Sequence record: SRR20825006_505
DNA: 64,000 bases
Strand: one strand, 5' to 3'
The position numbers were made by a program, and so were the translations under genes. Positions 39,918 through 49,810 of this stretch are shown here, piece by piece (the first letter of the stretch is position 1; each line of letters opens with the position of its first letter). A model generated the notes under the pieces. The model saw nothing but the letters and a program-made list of their open reading frames with translations. It ran no database searches and was not told the DNA's origin.

Positions 39918-40931
39918 ATGAATGAATTCGCGCAAGCGCGCCCTCTTATCGACCAATTTGGCCGTGCCGTAACATATTTACGGATTTCGGTGACTGACCG
40001 CTGTGACTTCCGCTGCACTTATTGCATGGCGGAGAGTATGAGCTTTTTGCCAAAGTCCGAGGTGTTAAGCCTAGAAGAAATTGAGCAGATTGCGAAAATC
40101 TTTGTCGCGCGCGGCGTCACGAAATTGCGCCTGACCGGCGGCGAACCATTGGTGCGCCGCGATATCATGACGCTGATTGAGAGACTGGGTCAGTTAAATA
40201 CTGAAGGGTCGCTTAATGAACTGACCCTCACCACAAATGGGAGCCAGCTCAAACGGTTTTCCACGCAATTGGTGGAGAGTGGGGTTGAGCGGATCAATGT
40301 ATCGCTAGATACGCTGGATGCAGATAAATTTGCGAAAATCACGCGTTGGGGCCGTTTGCAGCAGGTGCTGGATGGCATTGAGTGCGCATTGGACGCTGGA
40401 CTGAAAATCAAGATTAATATGGTGGCGCTGCGGGGCGGAAACGACCATGAAATTGTGCCCATGATGGAATGGGCGCACGGCAAAGGGATGGATTTGACGT
40501 TAATCGAAACCATGCCGATGGGTGCTGTTGACGTGGATCGGCAAGGCCAATATCTGCCGCTGACCGAGGTGATCGAGACAATAGGCTCCCGCTACACGCT
40601 GGAAGATTTACCTTTGGATACGGGCGGCCCAGCCCGATATAAACGGGTTCAAGAAACAGGTGGCCGGGTTGGCTTTATTCGTCCCCTCACCCACAATTTT
40701 TGTGAAAGTTGCAACAGGGTGCGACTGACGGCGACTGGTGAACTTTATCTTTGCCTGGGGCAAAATGATAAGGTGAATTTGCGCGACGCATTGCGCCAGG
40801 ATGGACCGCAGGCGGTGGCCGATCTGCTCGACCACGCCATGGCTATTAAGCCCAAAGGGCACGACTTTGAGATTGATCGGCAGAAGCCACAAAAACATGT
40901 GGGCCGCCATATGTCTGTGACAGGCGGCTAG
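39918..40931 (+). CDS. moaA: GTP 3',8-cyclase MoaA
   Basis: CDFRCTYC radical-SAM motif, LTGGEP, FCESCNRVR...C, C-terminal GG. Confidence 0.95.
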   Translation: MNEFAQARPLIDQFGRAVTYLRISVTDRCDFRCTYCMAESMSFLPKSEVLSLEEIEQIAKIFVARGVTKLRLTGGEPLVRRDIMTLIERLGQLNTEGSLNELTLTTNGSQLKRFSTQLVESGVERINVSLDTLDADKFAKITRWGRLQQVLDGIECALDAGLKIKINMVALRGGNDHEIVPMMEWAHGKGMDLTLIETMPMGAVDVDRQGQYLPLTEVIETIGSRYTLEDLPLDTGGPARYKRVQETGGRVGFIRPLTHNFCESCNRVRLTATGELYLCLGQNDKVNLRDALRQDGPQAVADLLDHAMAIKPKGHDFEIDRQKPQKHVGRHMSVTGG

Positions 40932-40934
40932 CCT

Positions 40935-41414
40935 TTACTTCTCTTTTTCAATTTCTGAAAAGTCGAGCGGCAAGGCCGTGGTGTATTTTATCTGCTCCAT
41001 GGCGAAGGCGGAGCTTACGTCGCTCATGGACATCTCTGAAATCAGTTTTTGGTAGAAACGGTCATAGTGTGCAATGTCTGGCACCACCACGCGCAAAACG
41101 TAGTCTACGTCGCCGCTCATACGATAAAATTCGACAACTTCATCGTGGGCTTCCACCACACTGGCGAATTTTTTGAGCCATGCTTCATTGTGCTGGTTTG
41201 TGCGGACGGAAACGAACACGGTGACACCGGCATTTACTTTGGCCGGGTCCAACACCGCAACGCGGCGCTTGATGACACCATCTTCTTCCATCTTTTGGAT
41301 GCGCCGCCAACATGGCGTGGTGGACAAGCCAACTTTACGGCCAATTTCAGCCACAGGCATTGTGGCGTCCTTTTGCAATAGCGCAAGAATTTTGCGGTCA
41401 ATTTTATCCAACAT
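40935..41414 (-). CDS. Lrp/AsnC regulator, DecR(YbaO)-like
   Basis: LDKIDRKIL, LSTTPCWRRI, RMSGDVDY, FAMEQIKYTTALP. Confidence 0.9.
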   Translation of the reverse strand: MLDKIDRKILALLQKDATMPVAEIGRKVGLSTTPCWRRIQKMEEDGVIKRRVAVLDPAKVNAGVTVFVSVRTNQHNEAWLKKFASVVEAHDEVVEFYRMSGDVDYVLRVVVPDIAHYDRFYQKLISEMSMSDVSSAFAMEQIKYTTALPLDFSEIEKEK

Positions 41415-41509
41415 AACGCACCAATTAAAAAATAGTTCTATTTCGCGTGATATTGTTACGCCACTTTAAAAATCGGAGCAAGATTTATTCGCCATATCGG
41501 TACATCATT

Positions 41510-42061
41510 CTAAAATGGCCAAAATGACCATAACCAACCCAACATGGAGGTTTCTGCGGCACCGCGACGTGCGCGCCATTTGTGTGGTTCTTCAAACTCA
41601 CTTGCCCAAATGCCGCGTCGATCACGGCGGGCCAGCACTTCATCGATGGCATAATCATTGTACGACACAGCCCATCCCTCACGCACCAACCAAGCATTGA
41701 GATCTTCGCGACCCAAATAGCAGGTGGCCAAAAGTCGGCGATATTGATCCAATTTCTCACCAACACAAGTGACGGCATTGCTGTTGATTTTTGCGGCAAG
41801 CGCTTGCTTTGAGGCTTGGCCACATGCCCAGTCTTCGCCTTGTTTCACACAATTTTGCTGCAACTCTGGTGCATCAATTCCGATAAGGCGGACGCGTTGG
41901 CGATTGATGCGCAAACTATCTCCATCGCTGATTTGCGCCGCGCCCTGAAGCGCCTTATTTTCTGGGGTTTGCGTGCCAATCACCATGGCAATAAGCAGTG
42001 CTGCAATCGACACAAAAGTGACCGCCCGACGGATCGAAAAAAATCTGCGCTTCATGGTCAC
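41510..42061 (-). CDS. Thermonuclease (SNase) family exported protein
   Basis: DGDSL, RLIGIDAPE, DQYRRLLA, LVREGWA, RGIW. Confidence 0.9.
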   Translation of the reverse strand: MTMKRRFFSIRRAVTFVSIAALLIAMVIGTQTPENKALQGAAQISDGDSLRINRQRVRLIGIDAPELQQNCVKQGEDWACGQASKQALAAKINSNAVTCVGEKLDQYRRLLATCYLGREDLNAWLVREGWAVSYNDYAIDEVLARRDRRGIWASEFEEPHKWRARRGAAETSMLGWLWSFWPF

Positions 42062-42075
42062 TCCTCTTCATTTTC

Positions 42076-42116
42076 GTAACGAGGAGTTAACCATCACCCG
42101 TTAGATTATTCTTAAC
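42076..42116. promoter_or_regulatory. Two one-mismatch CtrA-like boxes
   Basis: GTAA-N7-TTAAC(CAT) at 42076-42091 and TTAG-N7-TTAAC at 42101-42116. Confidence 0.55.
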
Positions 42117-42152
42117 CGTAGTTTTCGGACAATTTGTGAGTATTGCGTTCTA

Positions 42153-43679
42153 ATGTCCATAGGCTCTTCACCAGAGGCAAATAAAGCTGTGCGCACTGAT
42201 CGCGGGAAATCGCATCAGCGGGCGGTGAATGATGCACGCCAACGCCTGACATCCAGTTCAGGCACGATGGCATCCTATGATTTTGAATTGCTCCAAGAAT
42301 ATGCAGGCACACGCCTTTCTGGCAAATATGCAATGCCTGTCCTCATTGTGGCGATTGCCCTACTGACTTCTATCTGGGTTCCCCTGCTCTATATGCTGAC
42401 TTGGGCTGCAATTGTTATTGTGGGCCATGTTTCTGTGATGCTCTCGTGCAAACAGTTTTTGAAGGCAAGCCAAGGCAAATTTAACGCGCGGCGGCAAACC
42501 ACAACATTTGTGATGTTTGAAACCATCTATGGCGTGGGCTGGTCCACCATCGCACTGTTGCCAATTTCCAATGCGGCACAAGAAGTTGCGGTGATCCAAT
42601 GGGCAATTTTACTTGTTGGGGTTGCGGCGAACGCGATTTCCTCCCGTGCGGTGCCGACGGCAACCTTGGCAAATTCTGTACCGGGCATCATCACCGTTGG
42701 CTCCATGTTGGTGATCAATGGCGGCATGTTGAACTACGCTTTGGCGGTTTTGGCGGTTGGCGCTGGGATCTTCTTCAACTTTTTGGCGCGGACTTTGCAC
42801 AAATCAGCAATTAAATCGCTGGAGCACCGAGCAGAAAAGGACATGCTGATTTTTGAGCTTGAAGAAGCCAAAAGCATGTCAGATGAGGCACGGCGCGAGG
42901 CTGAACAGGCTAACATTGCAAAATCTCGCTTTTTGGCGACGATGAGCCACGAACTGCGCACACCGTTGAACGCAATTATCGGCTTTTCAGAAGTGATGTC
43001 TTCTGAAGTTTTAGGGCCGATGGAAAACCCAAGCTACAAAGAATATTCGGCTGATATTCATGCTTCTGGCCAGCACTTGCTGAACCTGATCAATGAGCTG
43101 CTTGACCTTTCACGGATTGAAGCTGGCAAATATGAGCTGAATGAAGAAGCCATTTCGCTGGTGAATATTGCGGAAGATTGTAGGCGGATGCTTGAAATTC
43201 GTGCCCGGTCTAAAGGTATCGAGTTGGTGGCTGACTTTGACGAGAAGCTGCCGAAATTGTGGGGCGATGAGCGGGCGATCCGTCAGGTTTGCTTGAACCT
43301 GTTGTCCAACGCGATCAAGTTTACCCCACAATCTGGTCGAATTATCTTTAAAGTCGCTGCGGGCGAAAATAATTGTCAGATGATCTCTGTGCGTGACAAT
43401 GGTCCAGGCATTCCTGAGAATGAAATTGCCACCGTGCTGTCGTCATTCGGTCAAGGTTCGCTGGCGCAAAAGACCGCCGAGCAAGGCGCAGGCCTCGGCT
43501 TGCCAATTGTACAAAAGATCATGGAATTGCATGGCGGCCGCTTCGACTTGTTCTCCAAGCTGCGCTTTGGCACCGAAGTAATTGCCACGTTCCCACGCTC
43601 TCGGGTGATGGAAGCAATGGCGCCCGTACGTGGCGAGCGCCGCAAATTGCAAATCTACAAAACGGCATCAGAAGGCTAA
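42153..43679 (+). CDS. Membrane histidine kinase of the PleC/DivJ-homolog (PdhS2-like) type
   Basis: About 6 TM helices; H-box KSRFLATMSHELRTPLNAIIGFSE; NLLSNAIKF, DNGPG, GAGLGL; lies next to cobT/cobS. Confidence 0.85.
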   Translation: MSIGSSPEANKAVRTDRGKSHQRAVNDARQRLTSSSGTMASYDFELLQEYAGTRLSGKYAMPVLIVAIALLTSIWVPLLYMLTWAAIVIVGHVSVMLSCKQFLKASQGKFNARRQTTTFVMFETIYGVGWSTIALLPISNAAQEVAVIQWAILLVGVAANAISSRAVPTATLANSVPGIITVGSMLVINGGMLNYALAVLAVGAGIFFNFLARTLHKSAIKSLEHRAEKDMLIFELEEAKSMSDEARREAEQANIAKSRFLATMSHELRTPLNAIIGFSEVMSSEVLGPMENPSYKEYSADIHASGQHLLNLINELLDLSRIEAGKYELNEEAISLVNIAEDCRRMLEIRARSKGIELVADFDEKLPKLWGDERAIRQVCLNLLSNAIKFTPQSGRIIFKVAAGENNCQMISVRDNGPGIPENEIATVLSSFGQGSLAQKTAEQGAGLGLPIVQKIMELHGGRFDLFSKLRFGTEVIATFPRSRVMEAMAPVRGERRKLQIYKTASEG

Positions 43680-43696
43680 GCAGCCTTCCCCCAAAC

Positions 43697-44734
43697 CTAG
43701 TGGGTGGTTTGCTGCCCGCCTGCCACGGCCGCCTCTTCGAAGGTGGCCATATTTTTATGCAGGTGTAGCGCGGTTTTGACCATTGAAGCCGCAACTGCAG
43801 CGCCAGAACCTTCACCCAGCCGCATGCCCAAATCAAACAAAGGCTTTTTGCCCATTTTGGCCAATACTTCAGTATGTGCCGCTTCAGCGGACTGGTGAGC
43901 AAAAATACAGTGATCTAGCGACATTGGATTGGCCGCATGCAGCACCGCAGCGGCGGAAGTGGCGACAAATCCATCGACAATCACAGGCAATTTGTTGTGA
44001 CGGGCGGCGATGATCGCGCCAGCCATGGCAGCAATTTCGCGGCCACCAAGACGTGCCAAGATCTTCAATGGCGTATCCAAATCGTCTTTGTGCAACTCAA
44101 GACCGCGATTCACCGCATCGGCCTTGCGCTTCAACCCTGCGTCATCAACACCGGAGCCACGGCCAACCCAATCTTCGCCTGTGCCACCGAATAGTGCGGC
44201 ATAGATGGCGGCGGCAGGCGTAGTGTTGCCAATGCCCATTTCGCCAATGCACAACAGGTCTGGTTTGCCCGCGATAGCTTCCATACCATAGGCGATAGTG
44301 GCTGCGCAGGTGCGATCATCCATCGCTGCGGTTTGAGTGAAATCGCCTGTTGGCACTTCCAGCGCCAATTCAAACACACGCAAATTAATCTCATGCAATG
44401 CGCAAATTTGCGAAATAGCGGCACCGCCATTGGTGAAATTGGCCACCATTTGCTGTGTCACTTCTGGTGGGAATGCGGAAACACCTTGATTCACCACGCC
44501 ATGGTTACCAGCAAAAATCGCAACCATTGGGTTGTTCAATGTTGGACTTGGCTTTTCCTGCCAGCGGGCGAGCCATTCGACCATTTTTTCCAGTTCGCCC
44601 AACGATCCTGCTGGCTTGGTGAGCTGCGCATCGCGCGCTTGCACCGCTTCTACTGCTGCTTCGCTGCCGTTTGGCAACAGCATCAATAGCTCTTGGAAAT
44701 CATCGAAAGGGCTTTTCTGGTCTTGTTCGGTCAT
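43697..44734 (-). CDS. cobT: Nicotinate-nucleotide--dimethylbenzimidazole phosphoribosyltransferase
   Basis: LTKPAGSLG, FAGNHGV, GEMGIGNTT, VDGF, MRLGEGSGA, MATF. Confidence 0.95.
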   Translation of the reverse strand: MTEQDQKSPFDDFQELLMLLPNGSEAAVEAVQARDAQLTKPAGSLGELEKMVEWLARWQEKPSPTLNNPMVAIFAGNHGVVNQGVSAFPPEVTQQMVANFTNGGAAISQICALHEINLRVFELALEVPTGDFTQTAAMDDRTCAATIAYGMEAIAGKPDLLCIGEMGIGNTTPAAAIYAALFGGTGEDWVGRGSGVDDAGLKRKADAVNRGLELHKDDLDTPLKILARLGGREIAAMAGAIIAARHNKLPVIVDGFVATSAAAVLHAANPMSLDHCIFAHQSAEAAHTEVLAKMGKKPLFDLGMRLGEGSGAAVAASMVKTALHLHKNMATFEEAAVAGGQQTTH

Positions 44735-44797
44735 GGTATCGACTCGCATCTGGGTTAAACGGACGTCCCCTTTTAGCCAACATTTAAGGAAAAGCAA

Positions 44798-45631
44798 TTG
44801 ACCAGCGTGCCGCCACCATCAGTAAGCCCCATCAATGACAATGAGGCAGGTGCACCACCGCCTGAAAAGCTATCGCCAGTGGATGCGATTATCATGGGCG
44901 TACGGTTTTACTCTCGCTTACCCACAGGGGACAGCCCTCACCTGCCACTTAATTTTGGCAAGATGATTCATTTTCTGCCTGTCGCCAGCTTGTTGATTGG
45001 CGTGTTTCCTGCCTTCACCATTTTGCTGCTCGGCGCGTTTGGCGTTCAATCATTGTTTGTGGCCACAGTCGCCATTGCCATGAGCGCCGTGATCACCGGG
45101 GCGATGGCGGAAGACGCATTTGGCGATGCCATGGATGGTTTGTTTGGCGGACATGATGTGGCCAGACGCTTGGAAATCATGAAAGATTCCCGCCATGGCA
45201 CCTATGGCGTTTTGGGGCTGATCGCGCCCTTTATGCTGCGGGTAATAACCCTTGGCACATTGATTGCGCTGAGCCCAGTGGCGGCCTCCATCTTGTGGCT
45301 GGTTTCTGCCTTGCTGGCGCGACAGGCCGCGCCAATTGTTGCGGTGATGTTGCCGCCTGCGCGCAGCGACGGTGCATCGGCTGGGGCCGGCATTTTGGCG
45401 CAGAAAGACTTCGCCATTGGCTTGGTGCCCGCGCTCGCGCTTTTCTGCTTTATGGCGTTGTTGTTTGCCGGGCCAATCGCTTTGTTCTTAGCGCTAATTT
45501 TTGGGGTGGGGCTTTGCTTTTTCTGGCTGAAATTGCTGACGCGTTTGTTGGGCGGACAAACGGGTGACACAATAGGTGCGCTACAGTTGGTTCTTGAAAT
45601 TGCCGCATTGAGTGCCTTTATTCTTCTTTAG
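44798..45631 (+). CDS. cobS: Adenosylcobinamide-GDP ribazoletransferase (cobalamin synthase)
   Basis: FYSRLP, TGAM.ED..GD..DG, LEIMKDSR.GTYG, GGQTGD..GA. Confidence 0.9.
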   Translation: MTSVPPPSVSPINDNEAGAPPPEKLSPVDAIIMGVRFYSRLPTGDSPHLPLNFGKMIHFLPVASLLIGVFPAFTILLLGAFGVQSLFVATVAIAMSAVITGAMAEDAFGDAMDGLFGGHDVARRLEIMKDSRHGTYGVLGLIAPFMLRVITLGTLIALSPVAASILWLVSALLARQAAPIVAVMLPPARSDGASAGAGILAQKDFAIGLVPALALFCFMALLFAGPIALFLALIFGVGLCFFWLKLLTRLLGGQTGDTIGALQLVLEIAALSAFILL

Positions 45632-45660
45632 GCTTCGGCCCGAAGTGAAAGGAAACTGGT

Positions 45661-46347
45661 TTGATTTTTATTGGCATCGCGCTGCTTGTGGCGCTCGCCC
45701 TCACCTTTTTGATCTCGTCAAATGCTGGCGCAATGATTGGCCTCGCGGAACAAGATTTTGGCCAATTGGTGATTTTGATCGCGGTGCTGGTTTTGGTGGC
45801 GGGTGGCGCATTTGGTCGCCGCATTCGGCTAGGCGAAATGTTGTCCGGCATCGTGATGTGGGGTGCCATATTTTCTGCCATCATCATCGGCTATAGTTTC
45901 CGTACGGATTTTGAACGATTTGGCGCACGATTGTGGGCGCAACTCTCTCCCGGCGCAGGCTATGTGGATACCGAAAGCGGCACAGTAATGTTTAGCCGCG
46001 ACACGAACGATCATTTTGTGATCAATGCCCAAATCAATGGTGTGGAAAAGCAATTCCTGTTCGATACTGGAGCATCCAGCATTGTGCTGACTGCAGATAG
46101 CGCCCGCGCTGCTGGGTTTGACCCATCGCGCTTGATCTATTCCATTCCGGTGCAGACGGCCAACGGCCAAACAGAGGCGGCGCTGATCAAACTGGACCGA
46201 ATTGAAGTGGGCGGCATTGTGCGCGAAAACATCGACGCAATGGTGGCGCGACCAGAAGCATTGAATGCCAACCTATTGGGCATGAATTATTTGCAGACCC
46301 TACGCGGCTTTAGCGTGGAAGGCGATCGGCTGACCTTTACCGATTAA
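45661..46347 (+). CDS. Clan AA membrane-anchored aspartic protease (TIGR02281-like)
   Basis: N-terminal TM helices; HF, FLFDTGAS, TANG, LLGMNYL. Confidence 0.88.
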   Translation: MIFIGIALLVALALTFLISSNAGAMIGLAEQDFGQLVILIAVLVLVAGGAFGRRIRLGEMLSGIVMWGAIFSAIIIGYSFRTDFERFGARLWAQLSPGAGYVDTESGTVMFSRDTNDHFVINAQINGVEKQFLFDTGASSIVLTADSARAAGFDPSRLIYSIPVQTANGQTEAALIKLDRIEVGGIVRENIDAMVARPEALNANLLGMNYLQTLRGFSVEGDRLTFTD

Positions 46348-47339
46348 GCAGCGGCTTGGCGGGCAGCGATCAACAGATCAAACGCCTCTTCAATCAGCTC
46401 TACGCCCCGATCAGATTTCACCGCTTCCACGGTGAGCAATTGACGGAAGCGCCGAGCGCCCGGCTTGCCAAATCCAAGGCCCAGCATATGGCGCACAATC
46501 TGATTCAATTTGGCGCCCTTAGTCATTTGAATTTCAGCATAATTTGTCATCAATTCACAAAGTGATTCAAGTGAGATCGGCGGTGTGTCATCGCCAAAAA
46601 TTTCACGATCAACATCCCACAGCAGGCCCGGATTGTGATAGGCCGCGCGACCCAGCATGACGCCATCCACATGTTGCAAATGAGTTTTGGACTGGTCCAA
46701 ATCTTCAATCCCGCCATTGATCATCAAGGGCAGATCACCCACGTGCTTTTTCAGGCGGTAAACGCGATCATAATCGAGCGGCGGCACTTCGCGATTTTGC
46801 TTTGGTGACAAGCCTTGCAGCCATGCTTTGCGGGCGTGCACATAAAGTGCATCCACTTTCGCCTCCAGCATATGATCGACGAACACGCGCAGATCTTCTT
46901 CGCTATCCTGATCATCAATGCCGATGCGGCATTTTACAGTGATCGGCGTATCTGTAACATCGCGCATGGCCCGCACACAATCAGCGACCAGTTTTGGCTC
47001 TGCCATCAGGCAAGCACCGAAACGACCAGATTGCACCCGGTCTGACGGGCAGCCCACGTTGAGGTTCACTTCATCATAGCCGAATTGATCGCAAAGCTTT
47101 GTCGCCTCGGCCAGCTCTTGTGGATCGGATCCGCCCAACTGAACGGCGATGGGATGCTCAACATCGTCATTATAATTGAGCAACCAATCAGCCCCGCCAC
47201 GGATCAACGCAGCGCTGGTCACCATTTCAGTAAACAGCAATGTGTGACGCGACAAATGGCGGTGGAAAAACCGACAATGGCGGTCTGTCCAATCCATCAT
47301 GGGGGCCACAGAAAATTTGCGCGCTTGCTGAAGGCTCAT
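46344..47339 (-). CDS. dusA: tRNA dihydrouridine(20/20a) synthase
   Basis: APMMDWTDRHCR, QLGGSDP, NLNVGCPSDRVQ, HARKAWLQGLSPK.NR. Confidence 0.95.
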   Translation of the reverse strand: MSLQQARKFSVAPMMDWTDRHCRFFHRHLSRHTLLFTEMVTSAALIRGGADWLLNYNDDVEHPIAVQLGGSDPQELAEATKLCDQFGYDEVNLNVGCPSDRVQSGRFGACLMAEPKLVADCVRAMRDVTDTPITVKCRIGIDDQDSEEDLRVFVDHMLEAKVDALYVHARKAWLQGLSPKQNREVPPLDYDRVYRLKKHVGDLPLMINGGIEDLDQSKTHLQHVDGVMLGRAAYHNPGLLWDVDREIFGDDTPPISLESLCELMTNYAEIQMTKGAKLNQIVRHMLGLGFGKPGARRFRQLLTVEAVKSDRGVELIEEAFDLLIAARQAAA

Positions 47340-47410
47340 GCTTATTTTTCACATCAATTGGGGTTAAACGGGCGCTGCCTAGCACAAAATGTGCGGCTTG
47401 TCGCCTGTTT

Positions 47411-47435
47411 GGAACCAAATGGCGGTCCACACGTT
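47411..47435 (+). promoter_or_regulatory. EcfG (RpoE2/SigT)-type general stress promoter
   Basis: GGAAC-N16-CGTT exact consensus, 20 bp before an ATG with a GGAGG SD. Confidence 0.7.
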
Positions 47436-47455
47436 GGCTAGATAACGGAGGTATT

Positions 47456-47674
47456 ATGCAAAATCAAGAAAATGAACAGGCAGAAACCGTAACCAAAACC
47501 GAAGCACGGCAGGGCCAAAGAGGCTTTAACATTCGTGTTTTGCTGATTTCACTGGTCGTGATTGTGTTGGCCTTTGCGGCCATCTACTTCTACGCAGAAG
47601 CGAATGATAAGGAAAATCCAACGGTGGTGGATGCACCGAGCGTTGAGAGCAACGAGACCACGCCAAGCAACTAA
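47456..47674 (+). CDS. Small single-pass membrane protein (72 aa)
   Basis: Strong SD; TEARQG motif followed by one TM helix and an acidic tail. Confidence 0.8.
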   Translation: MQNQENEQAETVTKTEARQGQRGFNIRVLLISLVVIVLAFAAIYFYAEANDKENPTVVDAPSVESNETTPSN

Positions 47675-47798
47675 CTCCCCCTCCCCTTGCTCATGGCGAA
47701 CCGCATTGGGCGCGAGGGACCTTGCCCCAGCCTTTTCATGAGGTTAAAAGCGCAATGTCCCTTGCCGCCTGATGCGGCCTATTGCGTTGGAGAGCCCT

Positions 47799-48710
47799 AT
47801 GACAAAGCTGATTTCCATTGGCGAATGCATGATTGAAATGAGTGCATTGGAGGACGGGCTTTATAAAAAGGGATATGCTGGCGACAGCCTCAACATGGCA
47901 TTTTACGCCCGTGCCTTTTTGCCAGATATGGCATCAGTCGACTATTTCACCGCGCTCGGCGACGATGCGGAAAGCCAAGCGCTGGCAGCCAGCATCAAGG
48001 CCCATGGCATCGGGACAGATTTGATCCGCATTTTGCCGGGCAAAGCGCCGGGCCTTTATATGATTTCGCTGGAAGATGGCGAGCGCACCTTTAGCTATTG
48101 GCGCTCAACATCTGCTGCCAAGGAAATGGCGCAAGACCTATCTTACCTGACCCAGACTTTCTTGGGCGACAATGCGTTGTTCTTTTCTGGGATCAGCCTT
48201 GCCATTTTGCAACCAGAAACGCGTGAACAATTTTTAGATGTGTTGAGCAAAGCGAAAGCGGCCGGGCAACAGGTGATTTTTGACAGCAATTTACGCCCTT
48301 CTCTGTGGCAAAGCCGTGAAGAAATGGCCGAATGGACCGCAAAAGCTTCTGCCGTGAGCACCATGGCGTTGCCCACCGTGCCCGACGAATATGTTTTGTT
48401 TGACGAAAAATCGTCTGAACACGTGGCCGAGCGTTATTTGAATGCTGGCTGCCGCGAAGTGGTGGTGAAGGCCGGGCCCGAAGCAGCTTTGTTGACCGAT
48501 GGCAGCCAAAAAGAATGGATTGGCCCTGCGGCGGCGGTGCAACCTGTGGACACCACAGGCGCTGGCGACAGCTTTAATGGCAGCTACATTGCCGCGCGGC
48601 TGAGTGGGCGCAGCATGGTTGACGCCGCGCAATTTGCGCACAAGGTTGCCGGACACGTGATCCAGCATCGGGGCGCCTTGGTGCCGAACATCCAAAGCCT
48701 AGTGGGATAA
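47799..48710 (+). CDS. PfkB-family sugar kinase, 2-keto-3-deoxygluconate kinase-like
   Basis: IGECMIE, AGDSLN, FDSNLRP.LW, DTTGAGDSF. Confidence 0.88.
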   Translation: MTKLISIGECMIEMSALEDGLYKKGYAGDSLNMAFYARAFLPDMASVDYFTALGDDAESQALAASIKAHGIGTDLIRILPGKAPGLYMISLEDGERTFSYWRSTSAAKEMAQDLSYLTQTFLGDNALFFSGISLAILQPETREQFLDVLSKAKAAGQQVIFDSNLRPSLWQSREEMAEWTAKASAVSTMALPTVPDEYVLFDEKSSEHVAERYLNAGCREVVVKAGPEAALLTDGSQKEWIGPAAAVQPVDTTGAGDSFNGSYIAARLSGRSMVDAAQFAHKVAGHVIQHRGALVPNIQSLVG

Positions 48711-48898
48711 ACCCCAACTCTCCACAAATTCTGTGTTGATAAAAGAGCTTGACTCACATGCCTCTTTTAGCGACACGCGATCTATGCAATGCTAGTGGCA
48801 ACTGTTTTATGCATCAGTATGTGCTGCGCCGAATTGCGCGCTGGGGAAATTAGCATAAAGCTTAAAAAATCACGGGAAACGTCTTACTTGAGGTCCTT

Positions 48899-49804
48899 AT
48901 GAGAATTGCAATGCTTGCGCGCAACTCTTCGCTTTATTCGCACCAACGTTTGAAGGAAGCGGCTGTAGCGCGCGGACACGAACTCGATATCGTCAATACT
49001 TTGCGCTGCTATATGAACATTGCTTCGCGGCGACCAGAGGTGTTTTACAATGGTGAAAAGCTGACTGGTTATGACGCGGTGATTCCGCGTATTGGCTCGT
49101 CCATCACCTATTACGGCCTTGCCGTTTTGCGCCAATTCGAAATGATGGGCGTTTATCCATTGAATGAATCTGTGGCCATTGGCCGATCTCGCGACAAATT
49201 GCGCTCCATGCAATTGATGGCGCGTGATGGTATCGGCTTGCCTGTAACGACATTTGCCCATGACCCACGCCAAACCGAAGAAGTGCTTCGCCTGGCTGGC
49301 GGCGCGCCATTGGTGATCAAACTGCTGGAGGGCACGCAAGGCATTGGTGTGGTTTTGGCGGACAGTAACCGCTCGGCCAAATCAGTGATCGAAGCGTTCC
49401 GCGGCGCTGGCGTGAACATTTTGGTGCAAGAATTCATCAAAGAAGCTGGCGGCACAGACATTCGCGCCATTGTGATTGGCGGCAAAGTGGTTGCGGCGAT
49501 GGAACGGCGTGGCGCTGAGGGCGATTTCCGCTCTAATTTGCACCGCGGCGGTTCCGCCCGGAAGGTGAAGATTACCCCGGAAGAGAAATCAACGGCCATT
49601 CGGGCAGCCAAGTCTATGGGGCTGAATGTGTGCGGCGTTGATATGCTGCGCTCTAACCACGGTGCAGTGGTGATGGAAGTGAACTCCTCACCCGGGCTTG
49701 AAGGCGTTGAAACCGCCACTGGTTTGGATATTGCGGGCAAAATCATCGAGTTTATGGAGAAAAACCATAAGCCGTGGGCCACAAAGACCAAAGGCAAAGG
49801 CTAA
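48899..49804 (+). CDS. rimK: RimK ATP-grasp alpha-L-glutamate ligase
   Basis: [54 protein letters not shown]. Confidence 0.95.
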   Translation: MRIAMLARNSSLYSHQRLKEAAVARGHELDIVNTLRCYMNIASRRPEVFYNGEKLTGYDAVIPRIGSSITYYGLAVLRQFEMMGVYPLNESVAIGRSRDKLRSMQLMARDGIGLPVTTFAHDPRQTEEVLRLAGGAPLVIKLLEGTQGIGVVLADSNRSAKSVIEAFRGAGVNILVQEFIKEAGGTDIRAIVIGGKVVAAMERRGAEGDFRSNLHRGGSARKVKITPEEKSTAIRAAKSMGLNVCGVDMLRSNHGAVVMEVNSSPGLEGVETATGLDIAGKIIEFMEKNHKPWATKTKGKG

Positions 49805-49810
49805 GGCCCT

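Noticed and set aside
41510-42061. Thermonuclease as part of a defence or mobile system
   Set aside because: It is a single exported SNase in a housekeeping neighbourhood with no partner genes.
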